This document shows positions 11,920-24,436 of a stretch of 64,000 nucleotides of DNA, one piece after another; position 1 is the stretch's first letter; every line of letters starts with the position of its first letter. The notes beneath the pieces were generated by a model that worked only from the letters and a program-made list of their open reading frames with translations, was not told the origin of the DNA and made no database searches. A program made the position numbers and the translations under genes. The stretch covers positions 50,158,001 through 50,222,000 of the forward strand of contig NC_043004.1 of assembly GCF_006345805.1 (NCBI RefSeq), read 5' to 3'. The DNA comes from Octopus sinensis (taxonomy: Eukaryota).

Positions 11920-12120
11920 TTTTATTTTTTTCAGTCATTTGACTGCGACCATACTGGAGTATCGCTTTGAAGGGTTTTTTTCAGTCGAAGAAATCGACCC
12001 CAGGACTTATACTATCAGTCTCTTTGCCGAACCGCTAAGTTACGGGAACGTAAACACACCAACATCGGTTGTTAAATGATGGTGGGCGGGGGACAAACAC
12101 AGACACAAAGACACACACAT
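11920..12120 (-). mobile_element. SINE family B tail half
   Basis: TTTCAGTCATTTGACTGCG...GGACAAACACAGACAC. Confidence 0.85.
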
Positions 12121-12130
12121 GAATATATGC

Positions 12131-12176
<46 letters not shown>

Positions 12177-12182
<6 letters not shown>

Positions 12183-12825
12183 ATAAGATTAGCTCGTGTA
12201 CGAGTGGGTATATATTTGTAAAAAATGAAGTTCGAAAATGCTGCTATATTAGACAAATTTTTATATATACATTATTTATTTAACATGTTTCGGTTCTTGA
12301 AATGATGACCTTATCAAAAAAAATTATATATAAAAAAGATAGTTCATGCTATCAATATAAAAAATTCATATATAATATACAATAGAGTCAGACATCAAAA
12401 GTTCATATATAGTGAAGTGAGTTCATGCTATATGTTTAAAGAGTATGATGTAGTAGTTCATAGTGGTGATATGCATTCAATATAAAAAATTGATGTTCTT
12501 GAAAAAGCGAGGAATTCATTTTAGATTTTACCTTGAGCAACTGTGATGACTTTTGGTCGATGTCCGCTCGGACAGTTCTGGCGAACCTTGTGAATTGTTT
12601 GGGTTTTATATCACCTGTTAGGTGGCCAGTCCAGCGGAACGAGACGTCATCAACGTTTTGACCAATCGTTTCGTTAGGTGGCTAGTCAAGCAGAACGGGA
12701 CGTCATCAATATTCTGACCAATCAGAATCGGGTCCGACCTATAGCTGTATTATATCTGCCCCTTGTCTGTATCCTGTTAGGTGGCCAGTCCAGCGTAACG
12801 CGACGTCATCACTGTTTTGACCAAT

Positions 12826-12826
<1 letters not shown>
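12177..12826 (-). mobile_element. Solo PLE terminal repeat related to the 61.3-64 kb element
   Basis: 12177-12320 aligns with 61291-61420 (TACGAGTGGGTATATATTTGTAAAAA; CATGTTTCGGTTCTTGAAA). The repeats at 12614-12826 resemble the reverse complement of the 63-kb array units (ATCCTGTTAGGTGGC, ACGTCATCA). Confidence 0.8.
12275..12322 (-). ncRNA. Hammerhead-like motif, U3-A8 variant, homologous to 61376-61419
   Basis: Minus strand reads UUU-UUGAUAA-GGUC...GAACC-GAAA-CAUGU-U-AAA. Confidence 0.6.
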
Positions 12827-12908
<82 letters not shown>

Positions 12909-12909
12909 G

Positions 12910-12993
<84 letters not shown>

Positions 12994-13246
12994 CTAACAA
13001 ACGACCCTCGTCCATTAGACGGTTTGTATAGGTGAAGAAGGTTAACTTGGACGGTGTTATGGAAATTTTAATCATCCGATGAACAGGCCATAAGTATTAC
13101 AAAAATAGCGATTCTCACTTTGAATCTTTTTAGATTACGAAACGCTCTACTCTCTCATGTATCCATGTTTAAAATTTCAGAGTGATCGGATGAACAATAC
13201 TCGAGTTACAAAAAACAGACAACCAGAACGGGATTTATATATTAGA
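12994..13246 (-). mobile_element. Non-autonomous Helitron; partial second copy at about 13690-13860
   Basis: Minus strand: A|TCTAATATATAAAT... to hairpin CCGTC-TAATG-GACG and TTAG|T. Confidence 0.7.
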
Positions 13247-13855
13247 TGAACCAATGAGGGAGATCTCTACGTGGTAACCAGACCTGGTAGGGATAACAGC
13301 CAAATCTCCCTCAAATCACACCTTACTGACTTATGTATGTATGAGCCAATGAGGGAGACCTCTACATGGTAGCTAGACTGGTAGAAATAGCAGCCAAAAC
13401 ACCCTCCAAACACCCTACTATCTTATGTATGTATTAACAGTTCTTTGGCTTTTTGCATTCGACGACTGTTGCTTTAAGTTAGATAATCGCATTGAGCCCT
13501 CTACGTATATATAAAGAGAGGGACAGAGAGAGAGACAGAGAGAGGAAAGAAGAGAGACAGCATAGCGACGGTTTTGGCTGATTGTCATCCTGTACTCCCC
13601 TTGTTGCCAGCGAAATGATAAGCGCCGGCTGTCTGAGCAACTCATTGCTTTTAATGAACAACTTGGCAGAAAAAAAAAACAGGACAAAAAGATAACAGAA
13701 ATAGCAATTCTCACTTTGAAACTGACAATTTTCAAAATCTTTTTAGATTACGGAATGCCCCACTCTCTCATGTATCCATGTTTAAAATTTCAGTGCGATC
13801 GGATGAACAATACTCGAGATATAAGCGCACAGACAGGGAGAACGGGATAACGATA

Positions 13856-14017
13856 CAACGGGCTTCTTTCAGTTTCCATCTACAAAATCCACTCACAGAG
13901 CTTTCGTCGGCCCAAAGCTATAGTAGAAGACACTTGCTCAAGGTGCCACAAAGAGGGACTGAACCCGGAACTATGTGGTTGGAAAGCAAGCTTCTTACTA
14001 CACAGCCACACCTGTAC
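13856..14017 (-). mobile_element. SINE family B head half
   Basis: CGGGCTTCTTTCAGTTTCC...CACACAGCCACACCTG. Confidence 0.85.
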
Positions 14018-14180
14018 GTTATATATATATATATACATATATAAATATATATATGGATGTATTCGTGAGTGTGTGCGTGTGTGTAGACAAACAGGCATAT
14101 AGATAGATAGATACATACATACATACATACATACAACATACATACATACATACATACATACATACAACATACATACATAC

Positions 14181-14735
14181 ATGGTGGCTGCCCCCTCGTT
14201 ATCGAGTAGGGCCATTGCTCGAAGCTTAATCAATGTTGTTATCGTGCAATGCCTGTGCAAGAAGATTTTTTTGTAAAGTGAGGAAAGGCTGTGCTCTGAG
14301 TCAATCCCACTCACTAAGCAACAGCAGCCATAATCCGAAAAGAAGAAAAAGTCAACATCATCGGTAACTACTGAGCCGCAGGTTTTATGTCGGAGTTATC
14401 CCAGTTACCTGAGTTACCTTCTCCTAGAAGGATGCCCTAACAAAGGCTATGAGTCCTTCACTCCCAATGGTTTAACCGCGCGATCGGGTATTCAGTCCGA
14501 TTAATTCTACGTCCCCGCGCATGATACAGCATTAAGACATTTATTGGATGGCCGTTGACTCTCAAGAGTTCCTCCGCCCTTTGACGGGTTTTGTTTTTCA
14601 TCCCGCACGGTGTCCAATAAACACCCTCCTCACCAAGCAAGCTTGGTGGGGTTGCTGGTTTAGTCGCCGACGACCCGACCATGCAACAGGTTGTACTGGG
14701 TTACATGTTACCAGTAGCACCCGAAAGTGACCTGA
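14181..14735 (-). mobile_element. About 555-bp non-coding element embedded in (ATGT)n, possibly RTE-derived
   Basis: GC-richer and hairpin-rich, with sharp borders against (TACA)n on both sides. Contains TAGGAGAAGGTAACTC, similar to a motif I recall from RTE 5' regions. Confidence 0.45.
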
Positions 14736-15405
14736 CATACATACATACATACATACATACATACATACATAATGTACAATTTCTATTTTAGGGTGTCTTA
14801 GACCTGTGAATTAAGGAATAGTGGAATTGTTAAAAGATGAGAGCTGAGGCATCTCGTAAACACTTTCATATAATAATGTAGAATTTATTTTGATATTTTA
14901 GATGTGTGAACTCTGAAATAATTAAATTATCAAACGATGAGAAGCTGGGAGATTTTGTATTAATGTTGGACAGAACCTCCAGTTTCAAGAATAATCTCTT
15001 TGAGAGAAGTTGAAGGATGAGAAATTTCTTATTAAACGTGAATCTAAAGACACATAACCACCGGCTGTAATAAGGAAGCTCCTTATCAGTAGCTGAAATC
15101 CAGGGACCTTATAAACTCACAAAATAGTTCAAGAATACTTCATTAGACCGTTAGGCGCGAATATTAACCTTGATTTATTTTATTTAATTATTTACTTGTC
15201 TGTCAACACATATCAAGAACTTACGTCAAAGATAATTGGTAGGTAAAATTGTCTGTAGATGTTGAAGTAAAGTTTAGGAGATGTATTGAAAATTATCTCC
15301 GGTCAACATATTATTCACCAGCGGTTTTGACTTTCTAGCTTAAACATTCCAGGTTCGTATTTGAGGAAATCTAACTGCTTCAAGCTCCTAATATAGAGAA
15401 TAAGC

Positions 15406-15593
15406 TAGGGTGACGAGCTGGCAGAATCGTTAGCAAGACAGGCTAAATGCTCAGCGGCATTTCGTCCGTCTTTATGTTCTGTGTTCAAATTCCGCTGAGG
15501 TCGACTGCTTTTCATCTTTTCGGGCTTGAGTACTGAGATCGACATAATCGACTTACCCCTTCCTCCCGGACGTGTGCCAAAATTTGAAACCAA
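15406..15593 (+). mobile_element. SINE family A, diverged
   Basis: Head GACGAGCTGGCAGAATCGTTAGC and core. Confidence 0.8.
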
Positions 15594-15606
15594 TATAAAG
15601 GATAAG

Positions 15607-16000
15607 GTGGCGAGCTGGCAGAAACGTTAGCACCCCGGGCGAAATGCTTAGCGGTATTTCGTCTGCCGCTACGTTCTGAGTTCAAATTCCGCGAAGATCG
15701 ACTTTGTCTTTCATCCTTTCGGGGTCGATTAAATAAGTACCAGTTACGCACTGGGGTCGATATAATCGACTTAATCCGTTTGTCTGTTCTTGTTTGTCCT
15801 GTCTATGTTTAGCCCCTTGTGGTAGTAAAGAAATAGGTATGTCGTTCGTCTTTACTTTCCGAATTAAAATTCTACCGGCGTCGACTTTGCCTTTCATCCT
15901 CTCTGAGTCGATAAAATAAGTATCAGTTGAGCACTGGAGTCGATCTAATCGACCTATTCCGCCCCGGAATTGCTGACCTTGTGTCAAAAGTTTAAATCAG
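15607..16000 (+). mobile_element. SINE family A, dimeric form
   Basis: A full monomer followed by a second B-box/core unit, flanked by the 13-bp direct repeat TATAAAGGATAAG (15594-15606, 16001-16013). Confidence 0.85.
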
Positions 16001-16435
16001 TATAAAGGATAAGCGATATCATATTTACTAATCTGGAATAGGAAAGAAAACCCAATCATTCAAATTTCAGTCACTGATTCTCGTCATTAAGATCAAATCA
16101 AAGCGTGACACTTCGTTATGTTCGATGATAATTGAATAAATAGCTTAATTGCTGGTGTGGTGAGTTAACTACGACATATCTGAAAAACAGATGTACTATT
16201 TATGACGTTCGAAATATTTGCTTTTCTTTGTAAAATATGGTAATGTTTGATTTTCAGGGAGAAAAAAGCTAACGATTTGGTTCTGTTATCAGTAACGGTT
16301 GATAAATAGTTCGGAATACATCAGAGAGCGTGTTGTACGCTTTCTGTCCGAAATATCTGTTTATATATCATATCAACTCTGCAGTATTTTTACACGCGCG
16401 CACGCAAAACACATACACACATGCTAGCACAGACA

Positions 16436-16439
<4 letters not shown>

Positions 16440-16491
<52 letters not shown>

Positions 16492-16717
16492 CACATAATT
16501 ACATAGGGACATACACACACCAATATATACATATATATATACATACATGTGTGTGTATGTATGTATGTATGTATGTATGTATGTATGTATGTATGTATGT
16601 ATGTATGTATGTATGAATGTATGTATGTATGTATGTATGTATATATGTATGTATGTATGTATGTATGTAGGTATGTATGTATGTATGTGTGTATGTATGT
16701 ATGTATGTATGCATGTA

Positions 16718-16748
<31 letters not shown>

Positions 16749-17088
16749 ATGTATGTATGTATGTATGTATGTATGTATGTATGTATGAATGTATGTATGT
16801 ATGTATGTATGTATATATGTATGTATGTAAAATCATTACTAACAGGGTGGCACCAAATTGATGTGAACAAGATTCAACGTGTTTATGAAGTTCATTCTTA
16901 AGCAACCAACCAGAACATATACATATATATAAATATGTATATATTTATATATATGTATGTGTATATATATATATATATATAATATATATATACGCGCATT
17001 AAATTGGTTATCCATGTTGACTGAATAAACAACTGAAAATTTATTTGTTCACTAAGATTACATAAAAGAAATGACGTTTCCTAATTTC

Positions 17089-17120
<32 letters not shown>

Positions 17121-17800
17121 TTTGTGTTTGTCTTTGTGTGTATCTTTTATTAAATATGTTCCCATCAGGAACAAGGAAATGACGGTATGTTGTTATTTAG
17201 AATTTGGAAAGTGTTTATTTTCCAATAAATATACAGAGAGAAATTATCTAAATGGCACCGAAGCACATTATATAATTTGTAAACCACACATCGACTACAG
17301 CTACATACAAACATACACACAGATAGATACGTACATACATAGATACATATGTATATACATACATACAAATATGTATATAACTATGAATGTATATATATAA
17401 GCACATATACGCGCGCGCATGTGTGCGTGTGTATATGCGTATGTGTGTGTCTATGTATGCGTGTGTGTGTGTGTGTATGAACATATAAAGGTTATGTATG
17501 AATAATATAAACACATACACACACAGACACTTGTGTGTGTAGGTGTATACATACATATGTACATTCATGTATGCATACAGTTATACATACAGATACATGT
17601 GTATGTATGTATGTGTATACATATAGACATACATGCACACAGATACGTGTGTATGTATGTATATACATACATACATATATACATACATGTAGGTATACAC
17701 ACATGAATACATACATATATGTATGTATATGTGCGCGAGTGTGCATGTATGCGTGTGTGTGTATATACTTTCTTCTATAATTTCTTTCCACATATCTGCA
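16440..17800. repeat. (TA)n, (TATG)n and mixed purine-pyrimidine microsatellites
   Basis: Direct reading. Confidence 0.9.
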
Positions 17801-18226
17801 TTCCCTGCTCTCCCCGCCGCTAATTACCAGATTATAAACGCCATCTTGTAATCACCCTTCTTACATAACAGATAGCATTCGCTTCTCTTCTACAAATATT
17901 TATTTGATTATTTATCTGTTTATTTTTCTTGCTTATAATGATGGATTATCTTTCTCAACTATAAAGTTCATAGTTAACCTGGTTTCCCAACTGAAATTGT
18001 AGCAAGACTTTGAGAAAATATTAGGTAATTATCACATACATACCAACGTTCATAGTCGTCTGTCTGATGACATCTTTCCTTTTTCTGTTTTGTAAAAAAG
18101 GTTGGATGACATCTTGCTGACGTAATGATTAAATAACACTTTTGTTGTTGATTTTGTCACTGTTGGTGGGGTTCATGGCCATCTTTACAGCATCATAGCC
18201 ATCCGAGCCACCGGCAAAGGAATACA

Positions 18227-18460
18227 TATTTCTTTACTACCCACAAGGGGCTAAACACAGAGGGGACGAACAAGGACAGACAAACGGATTAAGTCGATTA
18301 CATCAACCCCAGTGTGTAACTGGTACTTATTTAATCGACCCCGAAAGGATGAAAGGCAAAGTCGACCTCGGCGGAATTTGAACTCAGAACGTAGCGGCAG
18401 ACAAAATACCGCTAGGCATTTCGCCCAGCGTCCTAACATTTCTGCCGGCTCGCCGCCTTG
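18227..18460 (-). mobile_element. SINE family A monomer with target duplication
   Basis: Complete head and core; AAGGAATACA at 18217-18226 and 18461-18470. Confidence 0.92.
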
Positions 18461-18599
18461 AAGGAATACAGTGATGCCCTTACACTTACCACCCTACGAG
18501 TAACTGTTGTTCTACATTGAAGGGCTTTCAGTATCTGAAATATCTTGGTTCTGGAGTATCTGACTACCCAGGAAAGCACAAGTTAAAATGCAAACAATA

Positions 18600-19120
18600 A
18601 CTGAAAATAAGTCTGCAGAGCTATATCTAGGAATTATAATCTGGATGCAGCCTGTCCCCCTTTGAATGTAAAGAGTTAAGGACCGAAATACTTGCAAAAT
18701 GCTGGGTAAATGGTGGGGTGGGCCGCCTCTCTCCGATGGTCCAAGACATTCTAATCGTGCTCATCCTATCTTTTATGTGTTTATATGGTGATGGCAGTGG
18801 TGGTAGGGTCGGTACTGTGCTACGATTGCTGTTGTGTAGATCTAGAGCAGCTCTGATATAAACACAATGTGGGCTGAACGACGGGGCGCAATTCAGAGAT
18901 CCGCGCCTCTGGAAATGCCATACCACTGTCTTGTTGAAGTCCAAACTGAACATTCTGACATGCAGTGCTTTATTGTATGTGATGCTGTGTTGCAGTTTGG
19001 GCATATTATAACTCTCCACTGTCCAGTCTGTCTCTGTTTGTCTGTTGTCGTCGTTAATGTTGCGTAGCCCAAACCAACCCCGATCAAGCAGACTTTTATC
19101 ACATGAAAAATGCCTGCACA
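18600..19120 (-). pseudogene. Possible highly decayed LINE RT fragment
   Basis: INDDN...KLQHSI...SLDFNKTVVWHF has the spacing of RT motifs 5-7, with weak similarity. Confidence 0.3.
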
Positions 19121-20082
19121 CCTCTGCCCTCTTTCCATTATTCCAAATACTTTAAGATTCTACCTTAGTGAAAAACTATACTGCAAAGTCTGACATGTAA
19201 TGATAAACTGTACAGAGTGCTGTGTGGTGGTCTGGATATGAGGTGTTCTCTGTATCGCCCCGGTTTATTTATGCACATTAGTAACCACCGCGAGAAGCCA
19301 CGTTGGATGAGGAAAGTAGATTCAAGCAAAGCTCGACTATTGATGCTCATCTGCACAACAAGGTCCAGACTAAAAAAAAAAAAAAGATGGCCTGTTTTTA
19401 GACAATTTTTATTTTATTAATGAGTTTTTGATTCTATTGTGTTTATACGTGTATAATATGGCGATAAATGGCATCTATTAAAACAAACATTGAAAGGGGA
19501 AATGTTTTAAACACCAAAAGGAAAAGAAACCTAACGAATATATTTTGCTTCAAAATGTATTCATTTAGGAGAGGAAAGATACTAGCATTTCCGTTAATAG
19601 TACTGTTGTGAGCGGTCTTAGTTATGCGTGTGGGAAAAAAAACATCTCATACACACATACACACGCAGAGACTTTATCAAACGAAATTTAAGCGGAAAAA
19701 CACTCTTCTAATGCAAGAGCGCTTTGCTATTATTAACTTGCAACAGATAATCTTAAGCGCAGGACGTTTTCATGAGAAACTACATGGCAACACTATATGA
19801 CAAAACAGGTGATACCTATCTGAAGCAGTTACATATGCATGAAAGAGAAGAAAGGTGATCTACAGGTACCAAAGCAAAGACGGAGTTCCTAGTGTCTTCA
19901 AAAACAGCTTGAACTCACTGATAAATGAGAGTCAGATCTCTTTTATTGGACGGTGGAGAAGATATTTCGCAATGTTATTTTCAAAACTGGGAAAAGGACG
20001 AAGACACAAGCTTCATCAGTGAGGTGTCATTAGTATAAGAGATATCATGTCCTCCATTTCGTTGAAATGCTGAGCGTTACAT

Positions 20083-20478
20083 ACTCTTTTACTCTTTTAT
20101 TTGTTTCAGTCATTTGACTGCGGCCATGCTGGAGGACCGCCTTTAGTCGAGCAAATCGACCCCAGAACTTATTCTTTGTAAGCCCAGTACTTATTCTATC
20201 GGTCTCTTTTGCCGAACCGCTAAGTGACGGGGACGTAAACACACCAGCATCGGTTGTCAAGCAATGCTAGGAGGACAAACACAGACACACAAACATATAC
20301 ACACACATACATATATACGACAGGCTTCTCTCAGTTTCCGTCTACCAAATCCACTGACAAGGCATTGGTCGGCCCGAGACTATAGTAGAAGACACTTGCT
20401 CAAGATGCCACGCAGTGGGACTGAACCCAGAACCATGTGGCTGGTTAGCAAGCTACTTACCACACAGCCACTCCTGCG
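20083..20478 (-). mobile_element. SINE family B, full length
   Basis: Reverse-complement match to the family. Confidence 0.93.
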
Positions 20479-20719
20479 TATATGATAAAAGTAATGTTAT
20501 AATTTCTTTTTTATTTATCCATGTAATTTTCCAAACATTTAAATTCATTTATTGCATATTTTCGTTCATCACAGAAGAACAAAAAGATCACAACTCTTAT
20601 ACACTCTCACATTCGTAGCTACGCACACGTATGCACACGTTAGGCATATACATTTATGTCCGTACGTAGGTACGCGTACACATGCGCTCAAAGACATCCC
20701 ACACTAATATCATTTATCA

Positions 20720-22003
20720 AAATTTATTAATGCCTCTGCCCCACTTGCCGTTGATTGATCTAGCTGAAATTTTGCATGTGTAATTATTTATATCTCTATA
20801 GATTAAGTGGCGAATTACAGCTCCGAACTAATAGTGGTTTCTGATTTACATGTGTTTGAAATGAGTCAAGTGGGAAATGGAGCCAGTTGAGTGTCGAGAA
20901 GTGATCCGGTTTTTGTATTTGAAATGACGCACACCACAGGAGACTTTTGATGAAGTGAAAATAACTTATGGTGATGATGCCCCATCATATGACCTTGTAA
21001 AACGCTGGCAACGTTAATTTCATACATGGTCGAAACTCTGTGGAAACAGCTCCCAGATCTGGTCGCACCCCTTCTGCCATTGATGAGGCATCTGTCCGTC
21101 AAGTTGAGGCTGCCATTTTGGAAGATGGACGCATAACTATTCGCCAAATAGCCCATGAGGTCAAGATTAGTACCGGGTCTGTGGAAACTATCATTCATGA
21201 CCATTTGCATATGCAAAAGGTGTCTGCCAGAGGGATTCCCAGGCTGCTCACACTTTTCCTGAAGCAAGAACGCGTCGAGTGCTCGAGGATGAATTTAGGG
21301 ATGTGTCAAGAAGATGAGTCAAAATTTTTCAAAAGACTGATTACACAGGATGAGACCTGGGTCCTTCACCATGATCCAGAGACCAAAGCCCAGTCAATGC
21401 AGTGGAAGCACCATGACTCACCTCCTCCAAAGAAGGCAAGGGTGCTGCCCTCCGCTGGCAAGGTCATGCTCACAGTCTTCTGGGACCAGGACGGAGTATT
21501 GATGACAGATTTCCTGGCAAAGGGTACCACAATTACAGGAGCCTATCATGCTTTACTTTTGAGGAAATTAAGAGAAGCTATCAAAACCAAGAGGCGTGGA
21601 AAGATCACCAAAGGCATCCTCCTCCTGCAGGACAACGCTCCGGTCCACAACTCGCGTGTCGCCAGATCAGAAGCACAGGCGTGCGGCTATGAACACTTCC
21701 CCCATCCCCCTACTCTCCTGACCTTGCACCCTCTGATTTTCACCTCTTCCCAGCCATGTAGTTGTTTTTGAAAGGAAAGCGTTTCCCAGATGATGCAGCC
21801 TTGATTTCTGAAGTCACGTCGTGGTTGGAGGACCAAGCTGGGGTTTCTATGAAAACGGTCTCCAGAGATGTATCAAACGATGGGAGAAATGCGTCACTCT
21901 GGGTTGTTCCTATGCTGAAAAAGACTAATACCTGTGCCAAGTTTCGTTGCTCTACTGCTATGGGAAATGGGTCAGGGGCATTACTTATTGAACGCCCCTC
22001 GTA
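20720..22003 (+). mobile_element. mariner transposon, near full length, inactive
   Basis: The right TIR reads (reverse complement) CGAGGGGCGTTCAATAAGTAATGCCCC and is followed by TA at 22002-22003. The left TIR survives only as a degenerate remnant at about 20725-20743. Confidence 0.9.
20877..21928 (+). pseudogene. mariner DDD transposase pseudogene
   Basis: MEPVECREVIRFLY..., PRSGRTP, GIPRLL (WVPRLL-type), ITQDETW and LLQDNAPVH, with a frameshift at the HPPYSPDLAP-like motif and internal stops. Confidence 0.92.
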
Positions 22004-22042
22004 AATATATATATATATATAATATATATATTTATATCATTA

Positions 22043-22240
22043 CAGATATAGGGTAAAAAATTATTAATTTTAATAAATTAACAAATTTTATCAAGTAATT
22101 TCGGTATGAAAAAAAGAACCATATTCGGTAAAAACTTATGCAAAAAGTTTTTTTTTATATATAATTATAACAATAATTAAGGGTTTAGCAAAAAGTTGCT
22201 TCACCATATACCGAAAATTTAGAAATAGCAGCCAAAAGAC
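22043..22240 (+). mobile_element. Orphan left end of the same fold-back MITE family
   Basis: TA|CAGATATAGGGTAAAAAATT..., the reverse complement of about 25740-25941. Confidence 0.85.
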
Positions 22241-22515
22241 CGTTGGGTACGACGACGAGAGTTCCAGTTGATCCGATCAACGGAACAACATGTTCGTGAA
22301 ATTAACGTGCCCTTAATGTAGTTCTCGGGGAGATTCAGCATGACACGTACTGTGGCAGGTCGGACCCTTTGAAATACAGATATTACTAATTTTTTCCAGA
22401 GGAGTAGATCGGAGCAACGTAAAATAAAGTTCTTGCTCAAGGACACAACGAGCTGCTGGGAATCGAACTCATGACTCTACGTCAAATGCACTAACCACTA
22501 AGCCACGCTCCTTCA
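22241..22515 (-). mobile_element. SINE sharing the family C tail, with a different tRNA-like head and CORE-like middle
   Basis: Minus strand: GGAGCGTGGCTTAGTGGTTAG...GTTCGATTCCC...GTTGTGTCCTTGAGCAAG...CCCCGAGAACTAC...GATCGGATCAACTGGAACTCTCGTCGTCG. Confidence 0.8.
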
Positions 22516-22570
22516 CCTTACACTATTGTGCGTGTGCATATATATACATACACACATACTACATACATAC

Positions 22571-22632
<62 letters not shown>

Positions 22633-22685
22633 GTATTATATTATATTATGTTATATATGCAGAGGTAGATAAATAGACAGATAGG

Positions 22686-22726
<41 letters not shown>

Positions 22727-23838
22727 GTTCTTTATTAGCCAACACGGCTGCACACAGATAGAACAATTACAAGGTAGAGCTTTTCTTTTGAAGGTTTAAA
22801 AAATAAATAAATAAATAAAAATTTAAAAAAATAAAAAAATAAAATAAAAAAGGGGGGGGTCGATCAAAAGGGATCGTAAAAGGAGAGAAAGAGGACAAAA
22901 AAGGGGGGGTTAAAAAAAAGGGGGAGAGGAAAAAAATTGATCAATAGGGATCGTTATCACAGAAATGTCAATATGAAGTGTAAAGCGGAGGACAGGTGAG
23001 GTTTACCCGTGGAAAGAAAAGCCTACGGAAAAGACCACGGTAACCTCGGTCAATGAAGTCACATGTTATATTTCTTTTTTTTTTTTTTTGCAAATAAGCA
23101 ACTCTCTGTATAATTTTTACGGTTCATAGAATCATAGTCAAGGTGGCTTCGTCATTCATACGTGCCATCCTTGCTACATTCACCCATCTTTTTTTTAAAA
23201 CATTCACTAGACAAAACTTGCCTCTCTAATCTCACTTTTTTCTTCAAGTGATACTTGAAGAAGTTGATGAGAGATTGACCAGCCAGAGAGGAAGTGTTTG
23301 TCTCTAATCCTTTCAGACGCCGTCCAGATACATTCTTTCGCCATAGCCACAAGTTGATAAAAATAGCTCTTCCTTCCCGTTTGAAGGAAGGAGGCGTGAC
23401 GATATTAACGATAGACTCGGCTGATAAACCGACACGTCCCACACGTGACAGCAGTCGTTCGACATAAGCCCACAGGTGGGAAATTGCTGGACACTGCCAC
23501 GATTGCGTGCAGAGCGGTTTCGTCGCTCTGCCCGCATCTCGGGCAGGTCGGCCCCGTGTTTCTCGAGCCATGCCTATAGAGCTTATCCCGAACGGGTAGC
23601 GCTTCTCGGTAGCACCGCCAGGCCAGGGATCTCTGGAAGTTGTCCATAGGTCCCGGGCCGAAAGTCGTTTGAAACAGGCGGGTCAGGTATTCCTCGTCGA
23701 CGCCCAGGTTTGCCCCGAGCTCGTCGTCGTACCTCCCCTCCACTAATCCCCTATAGAATGCTTTGGTTGTGTTGAAGTCACTCAAGGTCGACCCGGGACG
23801 GCAGAGTTGCTTGAGAGCAACGCGACACTCGCGGTGCC
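22727..23838 (-). mobile_element. Tx1/L1-type LINE 3' end (C-terminal zinc knuckle and 3' UTR)
   Basis: LAWRCYREALPVRDKL...CPRCGQSDETALHA followed by a frameshifted QCP..SHLW. An AATAAA at 22731-22736 (minus) lies directly before a (TATC)n run. Confidence 0.8.
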
Positions 23839-23860
23839 AACAAACACACACACAAACAAA

Positions 23861-23924
<64 letters not shown>

Positions 23925-23928
<4 letters not shown>

Positions 23929-24130
23929 ACATAAAGACAAAAGTAAGGTCACAAAGTTTGCCAGCCACGTCTGGCCTTTGAAAGAGAATAAAACGTCGTA
24001 TACGATTAAATGGAAAATAATCGAAAAATCCACATCTTATGTGATTGGATCAAAGAAATGTAGGTTTTGCTTGGCTGAAAGAGTACAAATACTGTTCAGA
24101 TCAAAAATCCCCGACTCAATATTGAACTGT
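23925..24130 (+). pseudogene. Fragment resembling the C-terminal part of a PLE GIY-YIG region
   Basis: The translation TKFASHVWPLKENKTSYTIKWKIIEKS...KCRFCLAERVQIL matches my recollection of PLE endonuclease C-termini; not verified by search. Confidence 0.55.
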
Positions 24131-24369
24131 GTAAATTATGAATATATAAATACCCAAATATACCAAGCGTGTAAATATATCGTATACATATATAAACACT
24201 CACACATACACACACAAACACACAAATACACGTATACACACACGCACACACACACAACATACATATACATGCATATATATGTGTGTGTGTGTACACGTAT
24301 GTGTATATGTGTATGTATATATATATATATATAATAGATATTAGATATAGATATAGATATAGATATATA

Positions 24370-24436
<67 letters not shown>

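Noticed and set aside
13251-13430. Two tandem copies (period about 95 bp) of a motif containing TAGAAATAGCAGCCAAA
   Set aside because: A fragment of a common dispersed repeat (related pieces at about 11220, 31250 and 33700); an ordinary local duplication.
14560-14735. Twister or HDV-like ribozyme at the 5' end of the 555-bp element
   Set aside because: The required pseudoknot pairings and conserved loop residues could not be assigned by eye.
19955-20025. Minus-strand CTGATGAAGC...GCGAAA
   Set aside because: Stems I and II do not pair convincingly; at best a very old remnant.
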